IMG/VR virus record: IMGVR_UViG_3300049988_000124
Span: 64,001-128,000 of that record
DNA from: a virus
Lineage: Duplodnaviria > Caudoviricetes
Reading direction: 5' to 3' (one strand)
DNA: 64,000 nucleotides
Shown here: in pieces, positions 55,247 to 64,000 of the stretch
Layout: each line of letters begins with the position of its first letter
Numbering within the stretch: position 1 is the first letter of the stretch
Program-made: the position numbers and the translations under genes
Notes under the pieces: model-generated
What the model saw: only the letters and a program-made list of their open reading frames with translations
Told to the model about the DNA's origin: nothing
The model's database searches: none

Positions 55247-55450
55247 AGGGCAAGCGGTGAGTATTTGATACATGATAGCAAGTATATTTAAAGTCGACTC
55301 TGAAACCAGGACTCCTAAAGAAGACTGGATCAGAGACGTTCAAGAATTTCAGATACTCAGTCGCGGCGGTGAAGCACCTGACAGTGCTGAATCTTTGTCA
55401 ATTGAATATGACAAACAAGTAGCAGCGTCTTAGTTACCATATCTAACACT

Positions 55451-55484
55451 AGTAAGAGAGGGTGCACATGCACCCTCTCTTACT
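55451..55484. terminator. Intergenic hairpin
   Basis: agtaagagagggtgca-ca-tgcaccctctcttact. Confidence 0.75.
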
Positions 55485-55490
55485 GTGCTG

Positions 55491-56732
55491 TTATTTCATC
55501 TTCTGGATCATGCGGTAGATCATGTAATAGATTACCGCCAGACGAAGGGCTGAGCGACTGGCATCATTCACCGTGATGTTGAATGAATCTACCAAGAGCG
55601 ATACTGACCGCTTCACTGCAACGATGTCGACGTCGGTGTTCCTTGATGAGGAATAAGCATTCTTCATCTCGCGAAAGACTAGAACGCGGTTACCCATGTT
55701 GATGCGTCGTTCCCGGCAGATCCGAATCATTGAGCGAATGATCTGAATCGTAAGGGCACGCACACCAATGTAGAGGGTTCCCTCCTTGTCGGTCTTGACC
55801 TGGTCGAACGTTCTGGCTGTAGTCTGGAGCACCGCTGTCTCGTTGATACGAAGAAGCGCTGTCTTTAGCATGCGAGGAGAGATCGTCTGGAAGAGCCCGG
55901 CTGTGTCATTCACCGAGATATCGTGAACGAACATGTTGGGGTTCAGAAGCTCTGTTGCCATGGCCGCCGACGCTGATTCAATGACTGAAGCCGTCTGTGC
56001 AACAATCTTCTCGCCGTCTGCATTCTGTGACACAGAAGAGCGTGAACCAATCGAGTCACCTGCTGCATGGGCTTCGTAATAAGCTTGAGCAAAGGTCACG
56101 ATCTTGGCACGAAGCGAGGTCTGCGTCTCTGAGATTACCTGGAGGAACTGCTCATCAGGCTGGCCATCGATCAAGGTCTGGTAGAAGCGGTCATTTGGAT
56201 CCAGGATCTTCTCGACGTGGGAGTCAATGAGTTTCCTCCATGACTCGAAGCGCACGATGTCTGACTTCTTGGAGAGGCCAGCAACAGTTGCAAACATGAT
56301 GCCTTCGTTGGTACCATGGCGAAACGAGTTGTTCACGACCGAGCAGAAGATCTTGTACAAGTAGAGACGCAAGACATTCATCTGAAAGTCACGCGCTACC
56401 TTCTTGTCCTTGATGTAGGTAGGAGCCAGATGCACCAGCCACATCGAGAGCAGGTTGTAGGGATCAGACTGCACCATGAAGCTACGATTGATCGTAGGGG
56501 TGGCCGCAATCTTTAGCTCCACATCTTGTTTCCTGATATCGAAGAGCTCGAACAAGGCGTTGGTGTCGGACGGTAGCCAGGAAACAGGATGGACCCCGAG
56601 ATAGGGTCCATTAAAGGTTAAGGGGTGAACCTTTCGGAACACGAAGTGAGCTGCTAGTTTCTCGATCTCGGCGATCTGCCTACTGGAGATCGTGAGGGCA
56701 AGATTACCAAAGTTCTCTAGAATGGTACCCAT
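55491..56732 (-). CDS. Conserved phiKZ-like protein of unknown function
   Basis: FNGPYLGVHPV...PTINRSFMVQSDPYNLLSMWLVH resembles a conserved phiKZ-family gene; follows terminase. Confidence 0.55.
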   Translation of the reverse strand: MGTILENFGNLALTISSRQIAEIEKLAAHFVFRKVHPLTFNGPYLGVHPVSWLPSDTNALFELFDIRKQDVELKIAATPTINRSFMVQSDPYNLLSMWLVHLAPTYIKDKKVARDFQMNVLRLYLYKIFCSVVNNSFRHGTNEGIMFATVAGLSKKSDIVRFESWRKLIDSHVEKILDPNDRFYQTLIDGQPDEQFLQVISETQTSLRAKIVTFAQAYYEAHAAGDSIGSRSSVSQNADGEKIVAQTASVIESASAAMATELLNPNMFVHDISVNDTAGLFQTISPRMLKTALLRINETAVLQTTARTFDQVKTDKEGTLYIGVRALTIQIIRSMIRICRERRINMGNRVLVFREMKNAYSSSRNTDVDIVAVKRSVSLLVDSFNITVNDASRSALRLAVIYYMIYRMIQKMK

Positions 56733-56789
56733 GTGTAAAAACCATATCCTTGATTCTATCTATCACAACATGGTAGCTTGAAAACAAGC

Positions 56790-59390
56790 TCAGTTGATCC
56801 CCATGACAGCCCGCAAGGTATTGGCCATCTCATCCTGGTTCACGGGACGCTGTGCCTGTTCTGCGGTGTTGGGGTTCACGAACCGACGAGGATCACGCTG
56901 AAGCTCATCAGCAGTGGTCGGGATCGGGACGGCTGAGCGGTCAACCATGGTGCCCAAGAACTTCAAATCAGCCTCGATGATCTTGCGCATGGCTGGATCA
57001 TGCGTGCGCTTGAGTGCGCTAGACAATTCCTCGATACGCTCGCGGATCTTGTTCTGCTTCTCCTCAATCAAATGAGCCTTGTCGTGCATGTTGGCACCAT
57101 TCAAGCTCATCACACTTCCTGGTTTAATACCGTAGAAGTCATGATGCTTGGCATGAAGAATGAACCAGAGTGCCAGGAGCCAGGCAACCGTGGTATCATC
57201 GTGGCCACCCACTGCATGGTCAACACGACCATTGCGCACCGTCAGGGAGTTCAGTTCACGAATGAGCGTCTGATCCTTGATGCGCGTCTGGGCACGCTCT
57301 GCTCCTTCGAGAAGAACATCACCGTAGAGCTTATCGCGGGCAGACTTATCGGTCTTGATACCAAAGTAGCGCTTGGCTTGTGTGTCGAGAAGATTCAAGT
57401 CACGAATGTCGAAGCGGGCATATTCTGCCTCGTGGCGATTGTTGGCAATCCAGTTAAAGATGCGGGTGAAAGGATTCTGCCCGTGCTTTCTCAAGAAAAG
57501 TGCCACGATGTCGATGAGCGAGGTACCTGAACTCTTATTCTCCGGGATCCAGACGATCTTGGGATATCTGAGCATCAAGTCTGCAATCATCACACCGAGC
57601 TTGTTGATGTTACCCTCAGTACAGTGGAAGGTGAACATCGTGTCCAGACTGCGTGGGTCAATACCCACGAGCGTGGTCGCATCTCGGCCGATCATCTCAG
57701 AAGAATCGCAACCAACAACGATGGACTTTTCCTTGAACGCGGCACTGCGTACTACTGATTCTGGAACGTACCAGTAGATGGCAAACTTATCGCTCAAGAT
57801 CTCGACCCAGTCAGGATCACGCTGACACTGGTTGATCATCGCCAGAACGTGCTTGGGAATGATCGGGGTCTCAGCAATCGACACGCGCTGGTTCAAGAAG
57901 TCGCGCTTCACCTGATCCTCAGTCATGCGACCACGGCGGATACGCTCGCGCAACCATTCATTGTCGTAGCCGAGCTGGAGGTGCGAGAACACACCCAGGA
58001 TCATCTTCTGCGGTGAGCGACCAGCAACCAGGTCATGGAGGATCTCACGATTCTCCACATCGTAGAGCTGCTCGGTAAAGGGCATCGCCCCCTCTAGGAT
58101 GGCGGCTGCCTCCTTACACGGCTGGGTCATGGGATCACCAGCGGTGGTCGTGATCAGGTTGGAGTGAGGCTTGCCGTTCTTCTTAGCGTTCTCACGCGCC
58201 GTAGAACCCGATGACATGATCGTCGGGTAAGACGTTCCGATGTTGGCGGTATACTCAAGCTCGTCCCAGTGGAACATGGGCATCGAGCCACCGCGACCCT
58301 GCTTATCGGCTGCTGCCTTCTCCTTCTGCGCCACGAACGTTTGATAGTGCGTGCGGTACTGGTTGTAGTAGATCTCCTCGGCGTTGAACTTGTCCTTGAA
58401 CTTGTCTTTGAGGAGCCACCAAGAGGGAAGGTTATCACCGAACGCCTTGACGCGCTTCACGTTCTCCTGGCGAAGATCGTTGTCCTTGGCCATCATGCCA
58501 ACGACGTACTCGAGGCCTGAGCTGTACATGATGGATGCGGTCAGACTCAGCGCACACACGGTGTTGTGGGTGACAATGTAGTCGTCGGTGATGTAGAGGT
58601 GGTCAGGGTGATCAATAACGATACACTGCGCTTCCTCATTGGCAACGAAGTCGTAGGACTCGATCTTAGCCCGGTCGATCTCAGGCGTGTTGGGGTCAGA
58701 TACCGGCAAGTAGATATCGAACCCGAAGTTCATGAGGTCATTCAACTCGAACACATCGTAGATGTCGTGCTCGGGGTGAACATAGGCTTTCCACATATGG
58801 TCAGCGGTTGACTCAGCACTGCGACCACCAGCAAGGTTGACCTTGAAGATGTCCTGCAAGCCTTGAGGATGGACCTCCAAGACCTTGGCTTCAGATCCAT
58901 CGGGTGTGATCACCCAGTGGTCCGTCGTGATCTCACCCATCGTTACCCAACCAACCGTGGTCAAGATACGAGCCCGCAACGGCTGGGGCTTACCAGTCTG
59001 GCGAGGCTGCATGGAGGTATAGTCAAGACCATTCAACCAGCACCAGGTCATGGCGCACGAACCACGGTCCAGACGGAAGGGCACAGGGTTACCACCCTGC
59101 TCGTAGATGCGCAGGCATTCACGAAGGAAGTACCAGGTGTTACGACGAGCCTCCACCTGCACCTTGGTGCGCAGGATGTTGTTCTCGGGCGTATTCTCCT
59201 CTAGCGCATGAACGTCAACATCGACGAGGTCAGGATCGTAGAGGGTGAGAGGAAAGGCGTAGTTCTTGATACCCATCCGCTTTAGCAGATGGCAAGTACG
59301 AAGGAATGACTCGTTCTTGGTGGTGGCGTGGGGGATGGCGCGCCAATGACCCTTGGGAGTCTTCCACTGGTTCTGGAAGGTGATAGCCAT
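56790..59390 (-). CDS. terL: Terminase large subunit (intein-interrupted)
   Basis: Walker A PRQTGK|T, Walker B FHWDE, nuclease VGCDSSE...RDAT and HDD. Confidence 0.9.
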   Translation of the reverse strand: MAITFQNQWKTPKGHWRAIPHATTKNESFLRTCHLLKRMGIKNYAFPLTLYDPDLVDVDVHALEENTPENNILRTKVQVEARRNTWYFLRECLRIYEQGGNPVPFRLDRGSCAMTWCWLNGLDYTSMQPRQTGKPQPLRARILTTVGWVTMGEITTDHWVITPDGSEAKVLEVHPQGLQDIFKVNLAGGRSAESTADHMWKAYVHPEHDIYDVFELNDLMNFGFDIYLPVSDPNTPEIDRAKIESYDFVANEEAQCIVIDHPDHLYITDDYIVTHNTVCALSLTASIMYSSGLEYVVGMMAKDNDLRQENVKRVKAFGDNLPSWWLLKDKFKDKFNAEEIYYNQYRTHYQTFVAQKEKAAADKQGRGGSMPMFHWDELEYTANIGTSYPTIMSSGSTARENAKKNGKPHSNLITTTAGDPMTQPCKEAAAILEGAMPFTEQLYDVENREILHDLVAGRSPQKMILGVFSHLQLGYDNEWLRERIRRGRMTEDQVKRDFLNQRVSIAETPIIPKHVLAMINQCQRDPDWVEILSDKFAIYWYVPESVVRSAAFKEKSIVVGCDSSEMIGRDATTLVGIDPRSLDTMFTFHCTEGNINKLGVMIADLMLRYPKIVWIPENKSSGTSLIDIVALFLRKHGQNPFTRIFNWIANNRHEAEYARFDIRDLNLLDTQAKRYFGIKTDKSARDKLYGDVLLEGAERAQTRIKDQTLIRELNSLTVRNGRVDHAVGGHDDTTVAWLLALWFILHAKHHDFYGIKPGSVMSLNGANMHDKAHLIEEKQNKIRERIEELSSALKRTHDPAMRKIIEADLKFLGTMVDRSAVPIPTTADELQRDPRRFVNPNTAEQAQRPVNQDEMANTLRAVMGIN
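58563..58988 (-). mobile_element. Class 3 mini-intein (142 aa) in terminase Walker A
   Basis: Begins PQPL; block B TADHMW; block F Cys (EAQCIVID); ends VTHN followed by Thr; no endonuclease domain. Confidence 0.9.
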
Positions 59391-59474
59391 GATGGACTCG
59401 GTTTGTATAAAAAGATGACGGGGAGGCATGACATAGACAGAAGTTATTTCGTTCTTTATGTCAGCAACAATCAG

Positions 59475-59502
59475 TGTAGAGAGAGCTTTCGCCCTCTCTA
59501 CA
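59475..59502. terminator. Intergenic hairpin
   Basis: tgtagagagagc-tttc-gccctctctaca. Confidence 0.6.
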
Positions 59503-59506
59503 CACT

Positions 59507-59515
59507 GGTGTCATA
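59507..59515 (-). promoter_or_regulatory. Putative late promoter (TATGACACC) upstream of terL
   Basis: Same motif; a hairpin lies between it and terL. Confidence 0.35.
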
Positions 59516-59529
59516 GTAAAGTAGGTGTT

Positions 59530-60156
59530 TTACGCCTTACGAGCGTCCTTGAAGCGAGAATCGGGTACTGCAACGTGTGAACCACGGTCCAGACGATCAC
59601 CCTCCTCAGCGGTCAGCAGACCGCGCTCTACGGCCTTCGAGACCATCCACTTGAAGTAATCATGGATAGCCTTGATCGGACCCGATGCATCCTCGGAGCG
59701 ATGCGTCATGTAGGAGGGAATGAACAGTGCGCCCTCGGTTCCCTTGATGATGGTCTCGGGAATGAGGTAGAAGTAAGCGAGGCCGTCGTAGACCACGTTG
59801 TCGAGCTGGATGCTGAGCTTGGCCTTCGTGGAGGTAAGCGCTGTCATCAGGTTGATGAGGGCACCGGGCGGAATGTCGGCCATGACCGAGAGCACGGTGA
59901 GACGAACGACGTTGGTCTCATTTAGACCAGCCAGCCAGATGGCAAGCTGCTGTGCTTCAGTCTCACCGTCCATGCAGTGACACACGTAGATAGTTGCATA
60001 GAACACGCCGTTATCAACAACGATGTTCAGAGGCTTGAAGTTACTGGGACCCTTCTGACCAGACCCCATGGTAAGGTCAGGGGTAAATGACTCCAGCGCC
60101 ATGCTGGTGTCTGATGCAGGGAGGTCATCGCCCCAAGGAATGATGTCGCCAATCAT
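59530..60156 (-). CDS. Degenerate, probably inactive ClpP-like protein
   Basis: ALTSTKAKL and VERGLLTAEE align with AINRTKAKV and VKTGLFTEAE of neighbour; catalytic Ser and His positions replaced. Confidence 0.6.
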   Translation of the reverse strand: MIGDIIPWGDDLPASDTSMALESFTPDLTMGSGQKGPSNFKPLNIVVDNGVFYATIYVCHCMDGETEAQQLAIWLAGLNETNVVRLTVLSVMADIPPGALINLMTALTSTKAKLSIQLDNVVYDGLAYFYLIPETIIKGTEGALFIPSYMTHRSEDASGPIKAIHDYFKWMVSKAVERGLLTAEEGDRLDRGSHVAVPDSRFKDARKA

Positions 60157-60180
60157 GATGTTGTATCCTAAAACAAACAA

Positions 60181-61338
60181 TTACGCGCCAGTGGTCTCGC
60201 CGCTGATTTCACCCACGCGACTGATGGCTTCACGCCCTGAGATGTAGACGTCCGACGACTTGTCAATCATGTCACGCATCTCAGCCTCGGTGAAGAGACC
60301 CGTCTTAACCAGCGTCTCCAAACGCTGCGTGATGTAGTTGACGCAGAACACGGCCTTGGCCTGAATGTCGGTGGTCTTACCAGCCAGGAGCTGCGATGAC
60401 ATGTGCTGCATGAAGTAAGCACCGGGACGAATCCGACGCTGATGTCCAGCAGCCCAGATTGCGGTAGCAGCCGATGCAACGCAGCCCTCAGCGATGGTGA
60501 TAACTTTGGCCTTGGTGCGATTGATCGCCGAGATCAGACGACCCATCAGAATCACTGACCCGCCGGGCGAAGCGATATGGATGTAGGCGGTGTCCTTCTC
60601 GGTAGCCATCTCCAAGATGCGACAGTAAATGTCGATCGGGTTCGACCACACGTCGTGGCAGAGGGCTGAGTAGAAGTACATGTGGTACTTGAACGCATTC
60701 TCACCAGCCACCGAGGTCTTGATCTTGGGACCCTTGGAGAGATCAGGGAGTTCGACAATCACACCACCGACCTCGTCGCGAGGTGCTGGCATGTCACCGC
60801 CGGGGCGGAAGAACGCCTGGATACCCTGAACCTTCTGGAAGCTCACACCCTTGCCGGTGAACTGCGAGGAGGGACGAATGGTGTTACCCTCACCCTTGAT
60901 CCAGCTAGCGAATGCCTCCGCTGTAAAGGTCGTGATCGCACCGATGCGATTACCGCCTGAGCCATCGGAGAAGACCTGGCTATAGGTGTGGATCACTTCA
61001 CCCACTGAGCTAAAGCCCAGCATGACCTTGTGCTCATCGAAATAGCCGGTCTGCGGATTGATCTGGTCAATGACGTAGATCTCACCCTTATCATCAGGAG
61101 AGGACGCCAGGTAGAAGTCGAGCTCTTCACCGTGTGAGTCAGTGGTACCCAGGATACGACCGTAAGCGACCGGGAACTCGTTGGCGATAACGATACCAGC
61201 GATTGTCTTGCGACGGATTTCGCCTGCGAGGAACTCGATCACCAGAGTCAGGCAACCGAAGGTATAAGGAACTTCTGTTTCCCAGTCATGGTCGAAGCTC
61301 GGCAGAGCCACGGGCGTAGTAGCAGATGCAGTGCGCAT
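60181..61338 (-). CDS. clpP: InPase-like domain fused to ClpP protease domain
   Basis: N-terminal YGRILGT...DFYL...YVIDQ...FDEHKVMLGF; C-terminal IHIASPGG, GCVASAAT, FMQH, DVYISGREA. Confidence 0.85.
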   Translation of the reverse strand: MRTASATTPVALPSFDHDWETEVPYTFGCLTLVIEFLAGEIRRKTIAGIVIANEFPVAYGRILGTTDSHGEELDFYLASSPDDKGEIYVIDQINPQTGYFDEHKVMLGFSSVGEVIHTYSQVFSDGSGGNRIGAITTFTAEAFASWIKGEGNTIRPSSQFTGKGVSFQKVQGIQAFFRPGGDMPAPRDEVGGVIVELPDLSKGPKIKTSVAGENAFKYHMYFYSALCHDVWSNPIDIYCRILEMATEKDTAYIHIASPGGSVILMGRLISAINRTKAKVITIAEGCVASAATAIWAAGHQRRIRPGAYFMQHMSSQLLAGKTTDIQAKAVFCVNYITQRLETLVKTGLFTEAEMRDMIDKSSDVYISGREAISRVGEISGETTGA

Positions 61339-61419
61339 GAACTAATCTTTCTTCGTGTAAAAAGATACCAAGCCTTGGTTAAGGGCTCAAACAAGTGTGC
61401 ATAACATTTCGCTAGAACA

Positions 61420-61449
61420 TACCTAGGAGGGCATCAGCCCTCCTAGGTA
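61420..61449. terminator. Intergenic hairpin
   Basis: tacctaggagggc-atca-gccctcctaggta. Confidence 0.75.
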
Positions 61450-61457
61450 CATGAGTC

Positions 61458-62732
61458 TTAGTGACCTGCCAGACGCAGGAGAACAGAAGCGATCAGATGG
61501 TAACCACCACCGATGTAGGTCTTAGCCAGACGATAGGTCGCCCAGAAGAGACTGGTGATGATCGTGTGCGAGACACGCTTGGAGACACCGGGGACCTGAA
61601 GAGCCTCGGTGGCAGCCACGTCCTTGGCACTGCTCAGATAAGTCGTTGCACCCTTCACGAAGGTAGCGATAGCCGACTGTACCTTACCCGTCACTGTGAT
61701 GATGTTGTTGCTCAGCGAGACGATGTTCTGCTGTGTCCAACCGAGCTCCTGGAGGGTCCCAACGGTTGGGACATCACCCACCATATGGGCAGCTCCTGCC
61801 TTCTCGGCATGGAACTTGGCTGTGCGGTAAAGAGCATTAACCTCGACTTGTGCTTTGGACACGCCGTGTACATTAACACCCTGAAGAAGTTTATCTGCGC
61901 CCGCGTTGTCGAATTTGGTAAACATGGAGAAGCCGCGTGCTGACCCGTCAGCACTTTGTGTTTTGTTTACCAACTGCTGTGCTTCGAAAATGATCTTCTC
62001 GATGTCAGCATTGTGCTGACCCAGACGCTGGCCAATGAGCGCAATAGCAGCTGCAGCTGCAGCAATGCCACCGACTGCAATCAGAGCAGACTTATAGGGA
62101 TGCGCCTTGATGGTGCGACCGACGGACTTGGTCGTGTCGGCAACCTTCTGTGCCGCTACCTTCGCTGAAGCTACGATCTTTCCGCTGACGTCCTTGAAAG
62201 AGATATCACCGATGCGCTTGACGAAGTTCAAGATCTTGACTGACCAGGCAGCAGCCTTGTCCTTGATCTTGTCCATGATGCCCTCAAGGGCCATCTTCGA
62301 CTGATAGTCCTCAGGACCAGCAGCGGCCATGTCCTCGACAGCGATCGAGGCAAGTGACGTACCAGCCAGGAGGTTGGTGGCCTGCATCATGCCGAACGAG
62401 GCAGGGCTCACGCCGTGCGCTTCGATGACGTCGCACGCACCGTTCAGCTGATCGATCTCGTTGGTCAGCTGGAAGAGCTCATTGCCCTCGTCCTGCATCT
62501 GCTCATCGAGCGAGGGAAGGCTCTCCAGACCAGCCTCATCCATCGCATCAATCTGAGCGAGCACAGCGTCGTGCTGCGACATGATGTCCATCGACTCGAG
62601 ACCCAGGTTGTCTCCTGAGACCTTGTCGTGGTTAATGAAGGCGATCAGCTGAGCCGAAGGACCCATCGCTGCGGTGATCGCCTTATACGCCAGGCCCATT
62701 TCCTGGCGCTCGAGAGCTTGTTCAAATGACAT
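61458..62732 (-). CDS. phiKZ-like internal head/ejection protein with propeptide
   Basis: Acidic N-terminus with ALE, GLES (twice), ALEG; then GIMDKIKDK...KILNFVK helix. Confidence 0.7.
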   Translation of the reverse strand: MSFEQALERQEMGLAYKAITAAMGPSAQLIAFINHDKVSGDNLGLESMDIMSQHDAVLAQIDAMDEAGLESLPSLDEQMQDEGNELFQLTNEIDQLNGACDVIEAHGVSPASFGMMQATNLLAGTSLASIAVEDMAAAGPEDYQSKMALEGIMDKIKDKAAAWSVKILNFVKRIGDISFKDVSGKIVASAKVAAQKVADTTKSVGRTIKAHPYKSALIAVGGIAAAAAAIALIGQRLGQHNADIEKIIFEAQQLVNKTQSADGSARGFSMFTKFDNAGADKLLQGVNVHGVSKAQVEVNALYRTAKFHAEKAGAAHMVGDVPTVGTLQELGWTQQNIVSLSNNIITVTGKVQSAIATFVKGATTYLSSAKDVAATEALQVPGVSKRVSHTIITSLFWATYRLAKTYIGGGYHLIASVLLRLAGH

Positions 62733-62736
62733 GGTA

Positions 62737-63585
62737 TTAGATTTCCTTGAAGAAGTCGTTGAGGATCCCACGGGTGTAGAGACCCGGGAAGCGATCCATC
62801 ATGGAAGGATCGGGCTTGACAATCGTGGTCGACTGAATGATGCGTGCCACATCACAGGTACCGAACAGTTCGTTCAGGTCACTGTTGTGGAAGCTCTCCA
62901 GCGCTACCTGGTCGATGACGAGGTTGCCGTTCTCCGTGATGTTAACGCTGCACTCGAGGTGATTGTCGGAAGCAAAGGACTCCAGACCAATCGCGTTTGC
63001 CTTGTCAGTCGTCGCATAGCCCGAGGGACCAACGGTGTCGAAGGTGGTGAGCGAGCGCACCGTGCGGTACTTCAGACCATTGGGTTTCACCTGCGTATCA
63101 ACGTAGGCACGAAGTGAGAAGGCGGTGTTCAGGATCGGATCATCAAGGCTGTCCTTGAAGACCTGACCCATGGGTCCGGTAGGCTTTACATTGGCCCGGA
63201 GCACGACGGGTGTTCCAGGGCGAGCATTGTCGTCGGTGTAGAAAGATGTAAAAAGATGCGAGATATTGCGTTCGTCAATCATGGTGAGGCGCTGAAGCTT
63301 CTCACCGTCACTTAGCCCGAGGAAGCTCGGGTGACCGTACTCGCCGTAGGCCTTCTGCTGCGAGAAGATCTTGGCGAACCGGGATTCAGGATTGGTGATC
63401 TGGTTCATGATCGAGGTCGGGTCGTAGTAGGTACGCTGCTGCGTTTCCTCACCCAAGACCATCATCGGTAGACCAGAGTAGATACCGTTGTCGTCGGGGC
63501 GGATGGTACCGACCCGGTTGTTGCGGCGAACGTAGAGTGTTTCCACTCGGAACGAGATGTTCCTTGGAATAGCAAAACTAGACAT
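62737..63585 (-). CDS. Prohead protease (phiKZ gp175 / T4 gp21-like)
   Basis: YGEYGHP, NISH, FSLRA, TFDTV; C-terminal GLES and ALES self-cleavage motifs. Confidence 0.8.
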   Translation of the reverse strand: MSSFAIPRNISFRVETLYVRRNNRVGTIRPDDNGIYSGLPMMVLGEETQQRTYYDPTSIMNQITNPESRFAKIFSQQKAYGEYGHPSFLGLSDGEKLQRLTMIDERNISHLFTSFYTDDNARPGTPVVLRANVKPTGPMGQVFKDSLDDPILNTAFSLRAYVDTQVKPNGLKYRTVRSLTTFDTVGPSGYATTDKANAIGLESFASDNHLECSVNITENGNLVIDQVALESFHNSDLNELFGTCDVARIIQSTTIVKPDPSMMDRFPGLYTRGILNDFFKEI

Positions 63586-63657
63586 GGTATCCTTCTATAT
63601 TCGAATCCTCCTAGGACAAGCACGTCCTGGGCTTTACATAAGATTTAGTGAATACCC

Positions 63658-63685
63658 ACACAGGGAGGCATTTGCCTCCCTGTGT
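63658..63685. terminator. Intergenic hairpin
   Basis: acacagggaggc-attt-gcctccctgtgt. Confidence 0.75.
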
Positions 63686-63696
63686 AAGCATCGTTG

Positions 63697-64000
63697 TTAC
63701 TTCTGATTGGCAAGTTTAGGGGCAATCTTCTTCAGCAATGCCTCTGCCTGATCGGCTGATCCAGCACCGGTGGTGTCCATCCCGTGCATGAGATGAATAG
63801 TGCGGTTGATGATCGCTTCGATCTTGGCCTTGTCCTCGCCAGCATCAGCGAGTGACGCACGCGCAGCAGCGAGCTTTGCCTGGTGACTGGTAACAGTATC
63901 CTTGCTCTGCTTTTGTGCGTTCTTGGTCCAAGCAACAGCCGTGTTGTAATTGGCCTGATTCCAACCGGACGATTCGATATCCTTGGCACCTTTACCCACG
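63697..64000 (-). CDS. C-terminus of a probable virion protein (5' truncated by window)
   Basis: Frame open to window edge; Ala/Lys-rich helical; head locus. Confidence 0.5.
   Translation of the reverse strand, partial: VGKGAKDIESSGWNQANYNTAVAWTKNAQKQSKDTVTSHQAKLAAARASLADAGEDKAKIEAIINRTIHLMHGMDTTGAGSADQAEALLKKIAPKLANQK

Noticed and set aside
54810-55490. Non-coding RNA in the gap upstream of nrdA
   Set aside because: Largely filled by one 87-aa ORF and a possible ~50-aa ORF; no tRNA or other recognisable structure
15141-56745. Recurrent GG(G)TTT(TT)ACAC-ATG leader (15141, 21939, 39845, 56733) as a special regulatory site
   Set aside because: Explained by an RBS plus U-rich spacer; genes share no evident function
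11488-61449. Repeated hairpins as a CRISPR array
   Set aside because: Dispersed singly between genes, no regular spacers, no cas genes

Overview
A 64 kb slice of a phiKZ-like (Chimalliviridae-type) jumbo phage genome. The evidence is a phiKZ gp175-type prohead protease, a head protein with A/G-L-E cleavage motifs, a large terminase, and phiKZ-like early (TATATTAC) and late (TATG) promoter motifs. Host-like genes (MucR/Ros, a CtrA-type DNA-binding domain, a CobT C-terminal domain, an L,D-transpeptidase, NrdAB) point to an alphaproteobacterial host, possibly Sphingomonadales. Layout: tail-fibre/adhesin cassette on + (1-5.4 kb); a long, mostly minus-strand accessory region (5.4-48 kb) with regulators, envelope enzymes, nucleotide/ADP-ribose processing domains and many small hypotheticals; tailspike, nrdB/nrdA, terminase with a class 3 mini-intein, an InPase-ClpP fusion with an apparently inactive ClpP paralog, and head genes (48-64 kb). 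Main leads: a MucR/ParB-like/receiver-less CtrA cluster, the ClpP pair, modular adhesins sharing a leader peptide, and the Pro1 intein. All family calls come from motif recognition by eye, not database searches. No tRNA, rRNA or CRISPR array was seen.
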